64,000 bases of DNA from Negativicutes bacterium (GCA_963665275.2 CAXXIN010000014.1:1-64000); one strand, 5' to 3'; shown: positions 45,138-55,628, numbered from the stretch's first letter. Translations and numbers: made by a program. Notes: generated by a model from the letters alone, not told the origin.

Positions 45138-47153
45138 GTGGTTCGAAAAAAAGACGTTTCCGATACGGAAACCAAACCGGAACCAAAACTGGAACCTAAA
45201 ACTCGCAGAGCGCGAAAAACAAGAAAAATCGTGTATGGCGCATCGATGTCTGAAGAAGAAATGCGCAAATTTACGGAAGAGGTTCTAGAAGCACACGCAG
45301 TTTTCAATATGTGCGCAAGTGTATGGGGGCCGGAAAAAGTTGTCCTGCGGGCCAGTAAGTTTGGCGCGCTTGAACTCATGCAATCTCCTGAACTTGCAGA
45401 CCGGGTTTTGGCTTTGCAACGTATGGTAATGGAAGATCTTACTCTTGAGGATCGGCCGACACTGGAAGAAATACCGCATGTGTTGGAAGATGTCATGAAT
45501 GAGATGGCTGATCAGATCGCCAGGCGCTCGGTGGAAGAAAATATTGAAAAGAAGATCTCGCAGAAGATGGAAGACCGCCATCAAGAGTTCGTTCAAGAGA
45601 TCCGAATGCAGATTCTCAAGGAAGAATCTGGTGTGGAAACCCCGCAGAGCCAGAAAAAACTTGAGAAGCTTAATTTGCTGGAAGAAAAGAGCTTGACCAA
45701 ATCCATGAATGAGATTCTCCGCCCGGCGACGCTGGACGAGATTGTCGGCCAGGAGAGAGCTGTAGAGGTTCTGCGCTCCAAGCTGGCCTCGCCCTATCCG
45801 CAGCATCTTATTCTCTACGGACCGCCCGGGGTGGGCAAAACCACAGCAGCCCGACTGGTGCTGGAGGAAGCTAAGAAGCTTCCCTATACTCCATTCGCTC
45901 AGGATGCGGCTTTTATCGAAGTGGACGGTAGTACGCTTCGTTGGGATCCCCGTGATATAACCAACCCATTACTGGGATCGGTTCATGACCCCATTTATCA
46001 AGGCGCACGGCGCGACTTGGCGGAGACGGCAGTGCCAGAGCCGAAACCTGGATTGGTGACCGATGCGCATGGGGGAATTCTATTCATTGATGAGATTGGT
46101 GAGATGGACCCAATGCTGCTCAACAAACTGTTGAAGGTATTGGAAGACAAACGTGTGTTTTTCGAGTCCGCCTACTATGACGAAACCGACCCGAACGTGC
46201 CGGAATATATCAAGAAGCTTTTCAAAGGCGGTGCGCCTGCCGACTTTGTGCTTATCGGCGCTACCACGCGGGATGCCGGCGAACTGAATCCGGCGCTACG
46301 ATCCCGTTGCGCCGAAGTGTATTTCGAACCGTTGACGCCCAAACAGATAGAGGTGATCGTGACCAATGCCGCCACGAAACTGAAAGTAAGCATGGATGAA
46401 ACTGTGCCGATGCTGATCAGTGAATATACTGTGGAAGGCCGTAAGGCAGTTAGTTTGTTAGCGGACTCCTACAGTTTGGCGTTGTATCGTCGCGGCAAAG
46501 GGCGTAGAAATATCCAAAAAATCAAACGGGATGACGTATTCCGCGTTCTGCAGGTGAGTCGGATGACTCCATACGTCAACCGTAAGGCATCAACGGAGTG
46601 GGAAACCGGCAAGATCTTCGGACTGGGTGTTTCTGGCTATCTCGGCTCAGTGATTGAGATCGAAGCTGTTTGCTTCCCGGCTGCGCAAAAAGGTAAGGGC
46701 GTTATCCGCTTTAACGATACGGCGGGCAGTATGGCGAAAGACTCGGTGTTCAATGCAGCGGCGCTGGTGCGTCAGATTACGGGTCGTGATCTAGCGAAAT
46801 ATGATATTCATGTCAACGTCATCGGCGGCGGTCAAATTGATGGGCCTTCAGCAGGTCTTGCGATTCTCAGCGTTTTGATCTCGGTCATCACCGGACAACC
46901 GCTGCGCCAGGACGTTGCCGTGACAGGCGAAATCTCGATCCGAGGCAAATTGAAAGCGGTGGGAGGGGTCTTTGAAAAGGCATACGGTGCTAAACAGGCA
47001 GGCGTGAGTCTCATGATTATCCCTAAGGAAAATGAAAAAGACATCCCTGCAGATCATCTGGGCTTGAAAGTTCAACCGTTGGAAAGTGTGGAAGACGCAC
47101 TGAAAATGTTATTTGGGAAAGAGGTCAAAGGAGAGGGCTGTAATGCTGGATAG
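45138..47153 (+). CDS. lonC: Lon-family ATP-dependent protease LonC
   Basis: YGPPGVGKTT, FIDEIGE, DGPSAG, VGGVFEK. Confidence 0.9.
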   Translation: MVRKKDVSDTETKPEPKLEPKTRRARKTRKIVYGASMSEEEMRKFTEEVLEAHAVFNMCASVWGPEKVVLRASKFGALELMQSPELADRVLALQRMVMEDLTLEDRPTLEEIPHVLEDVMNEMADQIARRSVEENIEKKISQKMEDRHQEFVQEIRMQILKEESGVETPQSQKKLEKLNLLEEKSLTKSMNEILRPATLDEIVGQERAVEVLRSKLASPYPQHLILYGPPGVGKTTAARLVLEEAKKLPYTPFAQDAAFIEVDGSTLRWDPRDITNPLLGSVHDPIYQGARRDLAETAVPEPKPGLVTDAHGGILFIDEIGEMDPMLLNKLLKVLEDKRVFFESAYYDETDPNVPEYIKKLFKGGAPADFVLIGATTRDAGELNPALRSRCAEVYFEPLTPKQIEVIVTNAATKLKVSMDETVPMLISEYTVEGRKAVSLLADSYSLALYRRGKGRRNIQKIKRDDVFRVLQVSRMTPYVNRKASTEWETGKIFGLGVSGYLGSVIEIEAVCFPAAQKGKGVIRFNDTAGSMAKDSVFNAAALVRQITGRDLAKYDIHVNVIGGGQIDGPSAGLAILSVLISVITGQPLRQDVAVTGEISIRGKLKAVGGVFEKAYGAKQAGVSLMIIPKENEKDIPADHLGLKVQPLESVEDALKMLFGKEVKGEGCNAG

Positions 47154-48474
47154 GGTGCCGCCGCAGAACATCGAGGCCGAACAATCCGTTCTTGGCGCAT
47201 TGCTGATCGAGCAGAGCTCAATCGCCAAAATATCGGATGTGTTGCAGCCCGAGGACTTTTACAGGGAAGCCCACCGGCTGATTTATCGCGCAGCAATGTT
47301 GTTGTTCGAACGTGGTGAGGCGATTGACTTCATTACGGTAACAGACATTCTTCGCAAAGAAGGTACGCTGGAACAGGCTGGCGGTATTTCGTACATTACC
47401 TCTCTGGCCAACGGAGTTCCAACTGCGGCCAACATTACCTATCATGCCAAGATTGTGCAGGAAAAAAGCCTGTTGAGGCGTCTCATCAACGCGGCTACGG
47501 ACATCGCTTCTCTGGGTTACGCCGAATCGGAGGAAGTCGAACGGATTTTGGACCAGTCCGAGCAAAAAATCCTCGAAGTGGCCACTCGCAAGAGCGGTCA
47601 GGAGTATCAACCCATCAAAGAAATTATTTTCAGCACCCTGGATAAAATTGACGAGATGCACAAGGCCAAGGGCGGCATAACAGGGATACCTACCGGATTT
47701 GCTAACCTTGACAAGCTTACGGGCGGTTTTCAACGTTCCGATCTGATCCTCATCGCTGCCCGCCCGAGTATGGGGAAAACGGCGTTTGTGCTTAACGTGG
47801 CCCAATACATGGCGACCCGCGACAAAAAGTCCGTGGCGATCTTCAGCCTGGAAATGCCGAAAGAGCAGCTTGCTATGCGTATGATGTGCGCCGAAGGCCT
47901 GATCGACAGCCAGCGATTTCGTACGGGCGCCATGAGCAACGAAGAATGGGCGAAACTCGTGGATGCAGCCGATCGCTTGTCGGGTTCTCCCATGTTTATC
48001 GATGACACAGCAAACGTTACTGCCATAGAACTCCGCAATAAGGCTCGCCGAATCAGCAAAGAGCACGGGCTAGATTGTATCATCATCGACTATCTGCAAC
48101 TGATGGACGGCGGCGCGCATAGTCGCATCGACAACCGTCAACAGCAAATTTCGGACATATCCCGTTCGCTGAAAGCTCTGGCTCGTGAATTGCGTGTTCC
48201 GGTCATCGCGCTATCGCAACTTAGCCGCGGACCGGAAAGTCGAACTTCGCGACGACCCATGCTAAGCGATCTCCGTGAATCGGGATCGCTAGAGCAAGAT
48301 GCCGACCTGGTCGCCTTTTTGTATCGCGATGATTACTATAACCCTGAATCAGAAAAGAAAAACATTACTGAGCTTATCATTTCCAAGAACCGTAACGGCC
48401 CAACAGAGACTGTTGAGCTATATTTCCACAAGAGTTTTACCCGGTTTACAGACTATACGCCACGCCAAGAATAG
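47143..48474 (+). CDS. dnaB: Replicative DNA helicase
   Basis: PPQNIEAEQSVLG, AARPSMGKT, IDYLQLM, DLRESGSLEQDAD. Confidence 0.98.
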   Translation: MLDRVPPQNIEAEQSVLGALLIEQSSIAKISDVLQPEDFYREAHRLIYRAAMLLFERGEAIDFITVTDILRKEGTLEQAGGISYITSLANGVPTAANITYHAKIVQEKSLLRRLINAATDIASLGYAESEEVERILDQSEQKILEVATRKSGQEYQPIKEIIFSTLDKIDEMHKAKGGITGIPTGFANLDKLTGGFQRSDLILIAARPSMGKTAFVLNVAQYMATRDKKSVAIFSLEMPKEQLAMRMMCAEGLIDSQRFRTGAMSNEEWAKLVDAADRLSGSPMFIDDTANVTAIELRNKARRISKEHGLDCIIIDYLQLMDGGAHSRIDNRQQQISDISRSLKALARELRVPVIALSQLSRGPESRTSRRPMLSDLRESGSLEQDADLVAFLYRDDYYNPESEKKNITELIISKNRNGPTETVELYFHKSFTRFTDYTPRQE

Positions 48475-48627
48475 CCGAACGATTTAATGAAAATCTTCGA
48501 TATTATTCGGATATTTATTGACAGGCAACGATACAACGGGTAATATTAAGAGGGACAAAACGCAGATTTTGTCTTTCTTTTTGTGAAAAACAACTGGACC
48601 TGCGAAGAATATCGGGAGTGGATACGT

Positions 48628-50031
48628 GTGAAAGAGTTTGACGTTATTATCATCGGCACCGGCCCCGCCGGCATCTTTGCTGCTTTGGAAATGGCGGACT
48701 CGGGCCTGAAGGTGCTTATGCTTGAAAAAGGCAGGGATATTTCAGCTCGGGCATGTCCAATTCACACAAAGGGGACAAAATGCGTCCATTGCAAGCCCTG
48801 TGGCATTCTGTGCGGTTGGGGTGGGGCGGGAGCCTACAGTGACGGAAAGTTGACTCTCACGACCGAATTCGGCGGCATGCTGGATCTTTATATGGACAAG
48901 CCCGCCCTGATGGATCTGATAGATTATGTGGACGGCATTTATCTCAAATTCGGCGCGACACAAACCGTATATGGCGACGATAACAAAGAAGCCGTTCGCA
49001 AAATTCAGAAGGATGCGGCATCGGCCGATCTTTCATTGATCCCTGCCCGCATACGTCATTTGGGAACTGATAAATGTCTGGAGATCCTCACGCTGATGCG
49101 AGACCATCTGGAGGATAAGTGCACAATCCGAACGAGTGACGGCGTTTCAAGGATCCTCGTAGAGAATGGATGTTACGTTGGCGTTGAGACTACCCGAGGT
49201 GAAAGTTTCTACAGCAAATATCTGATTGCGGCTCCTGGCCGTGAAGGTGCGGAATGGTTCACTGGTCAGGTCGGACAGATGGGGCTGGAGCTGATCACCA
49301 ACCCGGTCGATATTGGAGTAAGGGTAGAAGTGCCGGCGGTTGTGATGGAGCAGATCACCGACGTTGTGTATGAATCAAAACTGGTATATTATACGAAATC
49401 TTTCGACGACCGGGTGCGAACATTCTGCATGAACCCTTATGGTGTGGTGGTCGCGGAGAACAATGCAGGTCTCATTACCGTCAACGGACATAGTAACGCA
49501 GAAAAATCCTCCGAAAACACCAATTTTGCGATCTTGGTTTCCAAGAGTTTTACGGAGCCGTTTAAGGAACCAATCACTTATGGAAAATCCATTGCGAAGC
49601 TGGCCAACTTGCTTAGCGGCGGAGTCATCGTCCAACGCCTCGGCGACCTGAAGGCCGGACGCAGGTCCACGGAAGAACGCATTGGACGTGGCATGGTGAC
49701 GCCAACAATGAAAGAAGCGACGCCCGGCGACCTAAGCCTGGTGCTGCCGTACCGGCATCTGATCGCCATTATTGAGATGCTCGAAGCTCTTGACAAGGTT
49801 GCTCCGGGTGTCGGTTCGCGGCATACCCTGCTATATGGAGTTGAGGTTAAATTTTACTCTTCTCGACTGCACCTGAGCAATGTGTTGGAAACAAAGATAC
49901 TCAATTTTTTCGCAGTCGGCGATGGGGCCGGAGTGACAAGGGGGTTGGCGCAAGCCTCGGTTTCCGGCGTGATTGTTGCCCGGGAAATAAAAAAACGTGA
50001 ACACTGCAATGGCGGGCTGACCCATGATTGA
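48628..50031 (+). CDS. NAD(P)/FAD-dependent oxidoreductase
   Basis: IIGTGPAG, GWGGAGAYSDGK, RTFCMNP, GDGAGVTRG; promoter TTGACA-17-TAATAT at 48518-48546. Confidence 0.85.
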   Translation: MKEFDVIIIGTGPAGIFAALEMADSGLKVLMLEKGRDISARACPIHTKGTKCVHCKPCGILCGWGGAGAYSDGKLTLTTEFGGMLDLYMDKPALMDLIDYVDGIYLKFGATQTVYGDDNKEAVRKIQKDAASADLSLIPARIRHLGTDKCLEILTLMRDHLEDKCTIRTSDGVSRILVENGCYVGVETTRGESFYSKYLIAAPGREGAEWFTGQVGQMGLELITNPVDIGVRVEVPAVVMEQITDVVYESKLVYYTKSFDDRVRTFCMNPYGVVVAENNAGLITVNGHSNAEKSSENTNFAILVSKSFTEPFKEPITYGKSIAKLANLLSGGVIVQRLGDLKAGRRSTEERIGRGMVTPTMKEATPGDLSLVLPYRHLIAIIEMLEALDKVAPGVGSRHTLLYGVEVKFYSSRLHLSNVLETKILNFFAVGDGAGVTRGLAQASVSGVIVAREIKKREHCNGGLTHD

Positions 50032-50196
50032 CAGTCACCAAGATGCACAAGTGCAATTCGACGACCCGACGCGCTGACGTCAAAACCAATGCAAAAAAAG
50101 ATGCGGACATCGGCTTCTGCTTTGAAGCCGAATATCCGCTAAGGCATATTGATAAGATCATGGCCAGATTCGGCCTATAAGAAAGTAGGTGTAGCA

Positions 50197-51480
50197 ATGT
50201 CATCAGTTGTCGTAATGGGAACTCAGTGGGGTGACGAAGGCAAAGGGAAAATCGTCGACCATTTGGCGGAACAGGCGCAAGTCGTCGTTCGTTACCAGGG
50301 AGGAAATAACGCCGGACACACCGTCGTAGTCAAAGGAGTGGAATCCAAACTCAACCTGTTGCCCTCCGGTGTTCTGTATCCGGGAAAAACCTGCATCATC
50401 GGCAACGGAGTTGTCGTTGATCCGGCCCACCTTCTGAAAGAAATCAACGCGATGAAAGCCAGAGGCATCAACCTGGCTGGACTTCAGATTTCCAACCGGG
50501 CTCAAGTCATTTTGCCTTACCATCGAATGATGGATGAAGCAGACGAAGAGTCGCGGGGTGACGCAAAGATCGGTACTACGAAACGGGGCATCGGGCCTTG
50601 CTATGTTGATAAGAACAGCCGCGTCGGCATTCGCATCGTTGACTTGATGGATTCAGAAGAATTCGCACTGCGTCTGAAGCATAATTTGATTCTCAAGAAC
50701 CGAATTCTATCTGAAATCTACGGCAAACAGCCGCTGGACTATGAGTCGGTTTTAGCGGAATATCTGGGCTATGCTGATCAGCTTCGCCCCTATGTCGCTG
50801 ATACAATCTTCACGTTGCACGAAGCGCTGAAGCGTGGCGAAAAAATCCTTTACGAAGGCGCTCAGGCCACGATGCTCGACCTAGACTACGGAACTTATCC
50901 ATACGTTACCTCGTCACACCCAATCGCAGGTGGCGTATGCATCGGTGCGGGCGTAGGCCCCAGCACCCTTGACAAAGTGATTGGCGTTGTGAAGGCATAT
51001 ACTACGCGAGTAGGCGAAGGCCCGTTCGTTACGGAGCTGCATGAGGAAACCGGCAACCTGATCCGCGAACGCGGGCATGAGTATGGCACGACGACGGGTC
51101 GCCCTCGTCGTACCGGCTGGCTTGATACCGTGGTCGTTAAATATGCCTGTCAGCTTAGTTCGATCGATTGCCTGGCCATCACTCGTCTGGATATCTTAGA
51201 TACACTGCCCAAACTGAAAATTTGCACGGGTTATCTGTACAAAGGCAAGCCCTTGAATGAATACCCGGCCAGCCTCAAGGTGCTCGGTGAAGTGGAACCG
51301 GTCTATGAGGACCTTCCCGGCTGGCAGGCCGATATTACCGGTATTCGTCGCTATGAAGACCTGCCTCTTAATGCCCGTCGCTACGTCGAACGTCTGAGCG
51401 AACTTTCGGGGGCACGGCTGGGGATCGTGTCTGTTGGACCTGACCGCGAGCAGACTATCGTGCTCGAATCCATGTTTTAA
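50197..51480 (+). CDS. purA: Adenylosuccinate synthetase
   Basis: QWGDEGKGK, GGNNAGHT, YGTTTGRPRRTGWLD. Confidence 0.99.
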   Translation: MSSVVVMGTQWGDEGKGKIVDHLAEQAQVVVRYQGGNNAGHTVVVKGVESKLNLLPSGVLYPGKTCIIGNGVVVDPAHLLKEINAMKARGINLAGLQISNRAQVILPYHRMMDEADEESRGDAKIGTTKRGIGPCYVDKNSRVGIRIVDLMDSEEFALRLKHNLILKNRILSEIYGKQPLDYESVLAEYLGYADQLRPYVADTIFTLHEALKRGEKILYEGAQATMLDLDYGTYPYVTSSHPIAGGVCIGAGVGPSTLDKVIGVVKAYTTRVGEGPFVTELHEETGNLIRERGHEYGTTTGRPRRTGWLDTVVVKYACQLSSIDCLAITRLDILDTLPKLKICTGYLYKGKPLNEYPASLKVLGEVEPVYEDLPGWQADITGIRRYEDLPLNARRYVERLSELSGARLGIVSVGPDREQTIVLESMF

Positions 51481-51492
51481 TCAGGCATTGGC

Positions 51493-51521
51493 TTGACATC
51501 TACCCCGACTAGGGCTATAAT
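51493..51521 (+). promoter_or_regulatory. tRNA promoter
   Basis: Perfect TTGACA-17-TATAAT. Confidence 0.85.
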
Positions 51522-51538
51522 TCAAAATTGTGATATGA

Positions 51539-51614
51539 GACTCACTAGCTCAATTGGTAGAGCATCTGACTCTTAATCAGAGGGTTCCGGGTTCGAGTCC
51601 CGGGTGGGTCACCA
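51539..51614 (+). tRNA. tRNA-Lys (anticodon CTT)
   Basis: 76-nt cloverleaf: GACTCAC/GTGGGTC acceptor stem, TCTGA-CTCTTAA-TCAGA anticodon arm, GTTCGAG T loop, encoded CCA. Confidence 0.97.
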
Positions 51615-51624
51615 AAACAAAATC

Positions 51625-51658
51625 AATGGCTCCGGCGATTTTTGCCGGAGCCATTTTT
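51625..51658 (+). terminator. Terminator between the tRNA and the convergent integrase
   Basis: AATGGCTCCGGC...GCCGGAGCCATT followed by TTT. Confidence 0.85.
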
Positions 51659-51767
51659 ATGCCCATTTCTAAAAGTCTTCTAAAAATCGTAGTTGTGTTT
51701 TGCAAGAATGTTGTTTTTTCGGGGTGTTTGACGGGGTTGAGTTGTGAAGATGCTTTCATTATGGGGC

Positions 51768-53105
51768 TTAGGCGATGATGTGGTTTTCGTGCTCGGAGAT
51801 GATTTGTGATGTATGTTGATGAGTATCCTCAGGCGAATCTGATTGGGGCAGCTTGATTTTAGATCTTTTGGCGGCCAGCATTTTATTGCGATTTTTCTTT
51901 GCTTTACTGATTTTTGTGCGGAGAAATTTTGCGATCGGTGTCGGTTCAGCTACTACCGATTCGTCCGTTTTTTTCATGGGCGGCGTCAACAGGATCCGAT
52001 CCATCGCATTGGCGGCTTCCAATTGCATTTCCGGCAAGACATGGCTGTATAAATCTTGCGTGATCAAGGTCGAGGAATGCCCCAGCCGCTCGGAAATCGT
52101 CTTTACCGGGACATGCTCGAGCAGCAGCATCGTGGCGTGAGTGTGGCGAAGATCGTGAAAGCGGATGAGCGGCAGTTTCTCGCTGCGCAGAAGTTTCAGG
52201 AAGGCGTGGCTGAGAAACGCCGGATCATGTGGCGTTCCATTGTCATACGCCCAGACATAATCGAGCTTTTGATATAACGGGCCGGCCTCCAGCTTTTCGG
52301 CGGTCTGAATCGGTTTTAACGCGGTTAACAGGGTGATGAGCGCCTCAGGGAGTCGGATCGAACGCTCAGAGCGCTGGGTTTTTACGGGTTGGGATTTCAA
52401 TTGGCCGGCCACGCGGTTGAGTGAGTTGCGGACGAACATCAAGCCCCGATCCAGGGCGACATCTTGCCAGCGCAGCCCGCAGCATTCACCGCGGCGGAGA
52501 CCGCAGGTAGCCGCCAGCATAATCGGCAGGTGCAAGGGGGTGTTTTGGGCGGCCAGGATCAGACTGCTCAACAATTCGGGCGTGTAGGAGGAGGAACGGA
52601 ACTTTTCCGTTTTCGGCGCATCGACTGCCAAGATCGGGTTGTTCAGGATCAGGCACCATTTTACGGCGCGGTTCAAAGCGCCGCGTAACACCGCGTAGAC
52701 ATAATGGAGCATTGTTTTGGAGAGGGCGGGTTTTCGTTTGCGCAAGCGGCCAAGCAGATCTTGAAGATGGAGCGGACTGAGGGCTTTGAGTTCGATGCTG
52801 CCGATGTAGGGCGTGACGAAGGTCTCGACCGTCCATTTGTAGCTTTCATAGGTCGACTCGCGAACGGAAGGCTCCACATGATTGGCCAGCCAGCGAGTTA
52901 AAAACTCTTTGACTGTGATCTTCTCCGGATCCAGGAACTTGTCCCGTTCCTGTTCGACCAGCAAATGGGCCAAGGCTTCTTCGGCAAGGGCTTTGTCGGT
53001 GCCTGAACGAATCCAGCGGGTCTTCCATTTTCTCGTTTCGGGGTTTTGGCCAATACTCAAAACAAGATAATAAATATCCCCTTTCTTCTGAATGCTTCCC
53101 TTCAT
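51768..53105 (-). CDS. Tyrosine integrase (phage/ICEBs1-like)
   Basis: MKGSIQKKG arm domain; GLRRGE, K, HDLRHTHAT, RLGHS, DLYSH catalytic set; AGGAGG RBS. Confidence 0.95.
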   Translation of the reverse strand: MKGSIQKKGDIYYLVLSIGQNPETRKWKTRWIRSGTDKALAEEALAHLLVEQERDKFLDPEKITVKEFLTRWLANHVEPSVRESTYESYKWTVETFVTPYIGSIELKALSPLHLQDLLGRLRKRKPALSKTMLHYVYAVLRGALNRAVKWCLILNNPILAVDAPKTEKFRSSSYTPELLSSLILAAQNTPLHLPIMLAATCGLRRGECCGLRWQDVALDRGLMFVRNSLNRVAGQLKSQPVKTQRSERSIRLPEALITLLTALKPIQTAEKLEAGPLYQKLDYVWAYDNGTPHDPAFLSHAFLKLLRSEKLPLIRFHDLRHTHATMLLLEHVPVKTISERLGHSSTLITQDLYSHVLPEMQLEAANAMDRILLTPPMKKTDESVVAEPTPIAKFLRTKISKAKKNRNKMLAAKRSKIKLPQSDSPEDTHQHTSQIISEHENHIIA

Positions 53106-53136
53106 GTTGTGCCTCCTCTGCCGATATTTCATGACA

Positions 53137-53167
53137 AAAGGCCCGTCCGTCTTCACGGCGGGCCTTT
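53137..53167 (-). terminator. Terminator between repressor and integrase
   Basis: Minus strand AAAGGCCCGCCGT-GAAG-ACGGACGGGCCTTTT. Confidence 0.6.
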
Positions 53168-53251
53168 CGGCACAGAACATATTTTGCTAATAGAATCGGT
53201 TTGTTGGGCGCGCCCATGCAGTTGCAGGTTAAATAGCGCTCTAGAGCGGAT

Positions 53252-53938
53252 CTAATCTGTCCCCATGCCGCGCGGCAGGATATGGAATAGTCCCACGCAC
53301 GGTCCAACAATACAAACCCGTTGACGATCACCGGCGGTATAGACTTCCGGTGGTTGCGAGGAGTCTGCAGCCTGCAAGACGAGGGTGTCGGGTTGCACTT
53401 GGACGCAATACCTGAGGCAAAGACGATTGCCGTCGATAATTACCATGCAAAAATCGCCGGGTCGTACCTTGGCGTTGACGTGAGTCAAGACCAAGCACCC
53501 CTCCCCAATTCCTGCCATCGCCATAGATGAATCGGGAGCCGGGAGCAGGACGGCCTGGACGCCGCGGGAAACCGTAGCGACCTCGGCCGGGACGGGATAG
53601 GTGCCGTGAAAACTCAAAAAGGCTAACCTCCCTTCAATAACGGCCACAGATTTATAGATCGGCACGTAGACAACGTCTCCGATCCGAACTGAATCTGCCG
53701 TCGCTGAATACCCCAGGAGGTTATCAACTGTGGTATTGAAAATTTGTGCGATTCGCGGCAGCATCTGAGATTCCGGCGTTCGTTTGCCGATCTCCCATCC
53801 GGATACTGTCACTGGTGAAACGCCCAATTTTTCCGCTACCTGTTTCTGGGTCATCTTCTGTTTGTGCCGTAAATTTTGCAACGTGGTTTGCAGCGGAAAA
53901 ACATGGGCAGATTTCGAATGAGTCATGAAAATAACCAC
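53252..53938 (-). CDS. Xre HTH + S24-like repressor
   Basis: LRHKQKMTQKQVAEKLGVS..TVSGWEIGKRTP; C-terminal DSSM..AGI.EG LexA-like domain. Confidence 0.85.
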   Translation of the reverse strand: MVIFMTHSKSAHVFPLQTTLQNLRHKQKMTQKQVAEKLGVSPVTVSGWEIGKRTPESQMLPRIAQIFNTTVDNLLGYSATADSVRIGDVVYVPIYKSVAVIEGRLAFLSFHGTYPVPAEVATVSRGVQAVLLPAPDSSMAMAGIGEGCLVLTHVNAKVRPGDFCMVIIDGNRLCLRYCVQVQPDTLVLQAADSSQPPEVYTAGDRQRVCIVGPCVGLFHILPRGMGTD

Positions 53939-54017
53939 CCTTCGAAGATAGTATATGCCTCTCGTTTATAAAAATCAATACATATCCTCACACATATTCA
54001 CATGAAATTCAAAGGTA

Positions 54018-54087
54018 TTGACAGTTTTTAAACAACAGGAATAGAATAACAGCGAGCTAAAAAAATACTATCCTTAATGGATAGTAT
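54018..54087 (+). promoter_or_regulatory. Rightward promoter and candidate operator
   Basis: TTGACA-18-TAGAAT at 54018-54047; inverted repeat ATACTATCC-N5-GGATAGTAT at 54065-54087. Confidence 0.55.
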
Positions 54088-54118
54088 GGAATGATGGGGA
54101 AACAAGGGAGGAATTGAA

Positions 54119-54592
54119 ATGAAAGCGAAAGCAAGCACAAAAGCAGTGAAAGGGAGTGGCGGCGCGGCCCTCAGGTTGGCCAAACCCGGGGAAGCGCCGG
54201 AGCCCTGCCGTATCCCTTTGAAACCAGGAACAACAAAGCCTAGTGCGGCAGAAATGGCGTTTACGGAAGCCGCTGTCGCAAAATCAATGCTGCATACCGA
54301 ACAGATCGCGCCTGGCAACAAGCTGGCCTACAATGTCAGGGAAGCAGCGGAAGCGCTGGGGGTATCCCCCTGGTATGTGCGCGATGAGATGAATCTCGGG
54401 CGGTTGGGCTTTTCCTCCGCGCGTGGCCGCAAAATCATCCCACGCTGGGAACTGGTGCGATATCTGGAAGAATACATGCAGGGACACTCTGAAGCGGCAG
54501 GAGACGAAGAGAATACGCCACTCGTGCCAAACGACTCCGGGACCCCGTCTCTAAAGAAGGCGCTCGCAGGAAGTAAAAAAAGAATGATCTGA
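54119..54592 (+). CDS. Excisionase-like HTH protein
   Basis: LAYNVREAAEALGVS...V......G.L......GRKIIPR.EL..YL; divergent from the repressor. Confidence 0.75.
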   Translation: MKAKASTKAVKGSGGAALRLAKPGEAPEPCRIPLKPGTTKPSAAEMAFTEAAVAKSMLHTEQIAPGNKLAYNVREAAEALGVSPWYVRDEMNLGRLGFSSARGRKIIPRWELVRYLEEYMQGHSEAAGDEENTPLVPNDSGTPSLKKALAGSKKRMI

Positions 54593-54660
54593 CAGGTCAG
54601 CGGGTATGAAACAAGCTGGATCGGTCGGATTTTTTTATGGGCAACTGCGCTGGCGGCGCT

Positions 54661-54780
54661 TGTGGATAAGCCTGTGGATAACGCTGCGTGAAGTACAAAG
54701 ATTGCCGATCAGATGGACGCAGAGTGCCAGAGAGAGTGACAATGAGCGGCTATCAGAGTGACACACATTGTCACTCTCTC
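54661..54780. repeat. Two perfect DnaA boxes plus AGAGTGACA direct and inverted repeats
   Basis: TGTGGATAA at 54661 and 54673; GAGAGAGTGACAATG (54730) inverted with CATTGTCACTCTCTC (54766); a third AGAGTGACA at ~54755. Confidence 0.8.
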
Positions 54781-54952
54781 ATAGCCCGGGCCCAGTCAGC
54801 TGTAGGATGAGCGGCTCCCTAACATACAGAGAATACCTTACAGAAGAAATTACAACGGAACCTAAAGGGGACCAGCTCCAATAAGGATCAGAAAAAGGTC
54901 TGATAGAGACCCTCAGATAAAATCAAACCGATGAAAATGATGGAGAAGGAGT

Positions 54953-55624
54953 ATGGAAAATATTGCAGCGATTGTTCAAAGTCTGCTGCCGGCGAAGGGC
55001 GCCGACGGATCCTGGCAAAGAGCGAATCTGCCAGTAGCGGAACCGTCCAACAGAGCACAGCTACATCCGGATAAAGTCCCGTTCATTACTTTTCCGGTAT
55101 CTATCGGCTTGTTGGAAGGAAAGCACGTCGAGGCCATGGGAATCGCCGTCTGGTGCTTTTTATGGTGCATCAATAGGGTAACCTCGGATCGCACCGATCC
55201 GGACGGAGAGCGTTGGGGTCAGGTTCTCGGCGGCTGCCGGTTCAACCATCAACGGATTGCCGATGAACTCGGGATCAGCCTGCGGGCGGTCCGTTACCAG
55301 ATGGATCGTCTGAGATCAGGAGGTTACCTGCGCATTACCCGTTGCCAGGACGGGCAGCAGGTGGAAGTCCGGCACAGCATCAAATGGCTGCGCAGAAAAA
55401 CTCAGGGCGCGCCAAACAGCCGGCCTGAACTGCCACCACCCGTCACAAAACTACCGGACATAGATCCTCCTGTCAGCGTCCCGGAAGTGCTGGTGAACCC
55501 GGTGGTTTCGGTGGCAGAGGAGTCTATCTCGCCAGAGCCCGATGCTGAAACCGCCAAGGTGTTTTCTCTGGCGGAAGCCTTGCGCAGGAAACAATGGGAG
55601 CGGGAGCAAGGCTTGCGGGAATAA
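54953..55624 (+). CDS. Winged-HTH protein, replication-initiator-like
   Basis: HQRIADELGISLRAVRYQMDRLRSGGYLRI followed by a Pro-rich linker; GGAG RBS. Confidence 0.6.
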   Translation: MENIAAIVQSLLPAKGADGSWQRANLPVAEPSNRAQLHPDKVPFITFPVSIGLLEGKHVEAMGIAVWCFLWCINRVTSDRTDPDGERWGQVLGGCRFNHQRIADELGISLRAVRYQMDRLRSGGYLRITRCQDGQQVEVRHSIKWLRRKTQGAPNSRPELPPPVTKLPDIDPPVSVPEVLVNPVVSVAEESISPEPDAETAKVFSLAEALRRKQWEREQGLRE

Positions 55625-55628
55625 AACT

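Noticed and set aside
51595-51614. Second att copy of the tRNA 3' end
   Set aside because: Not seen by eye in the window, so the element's right end is unassigned.
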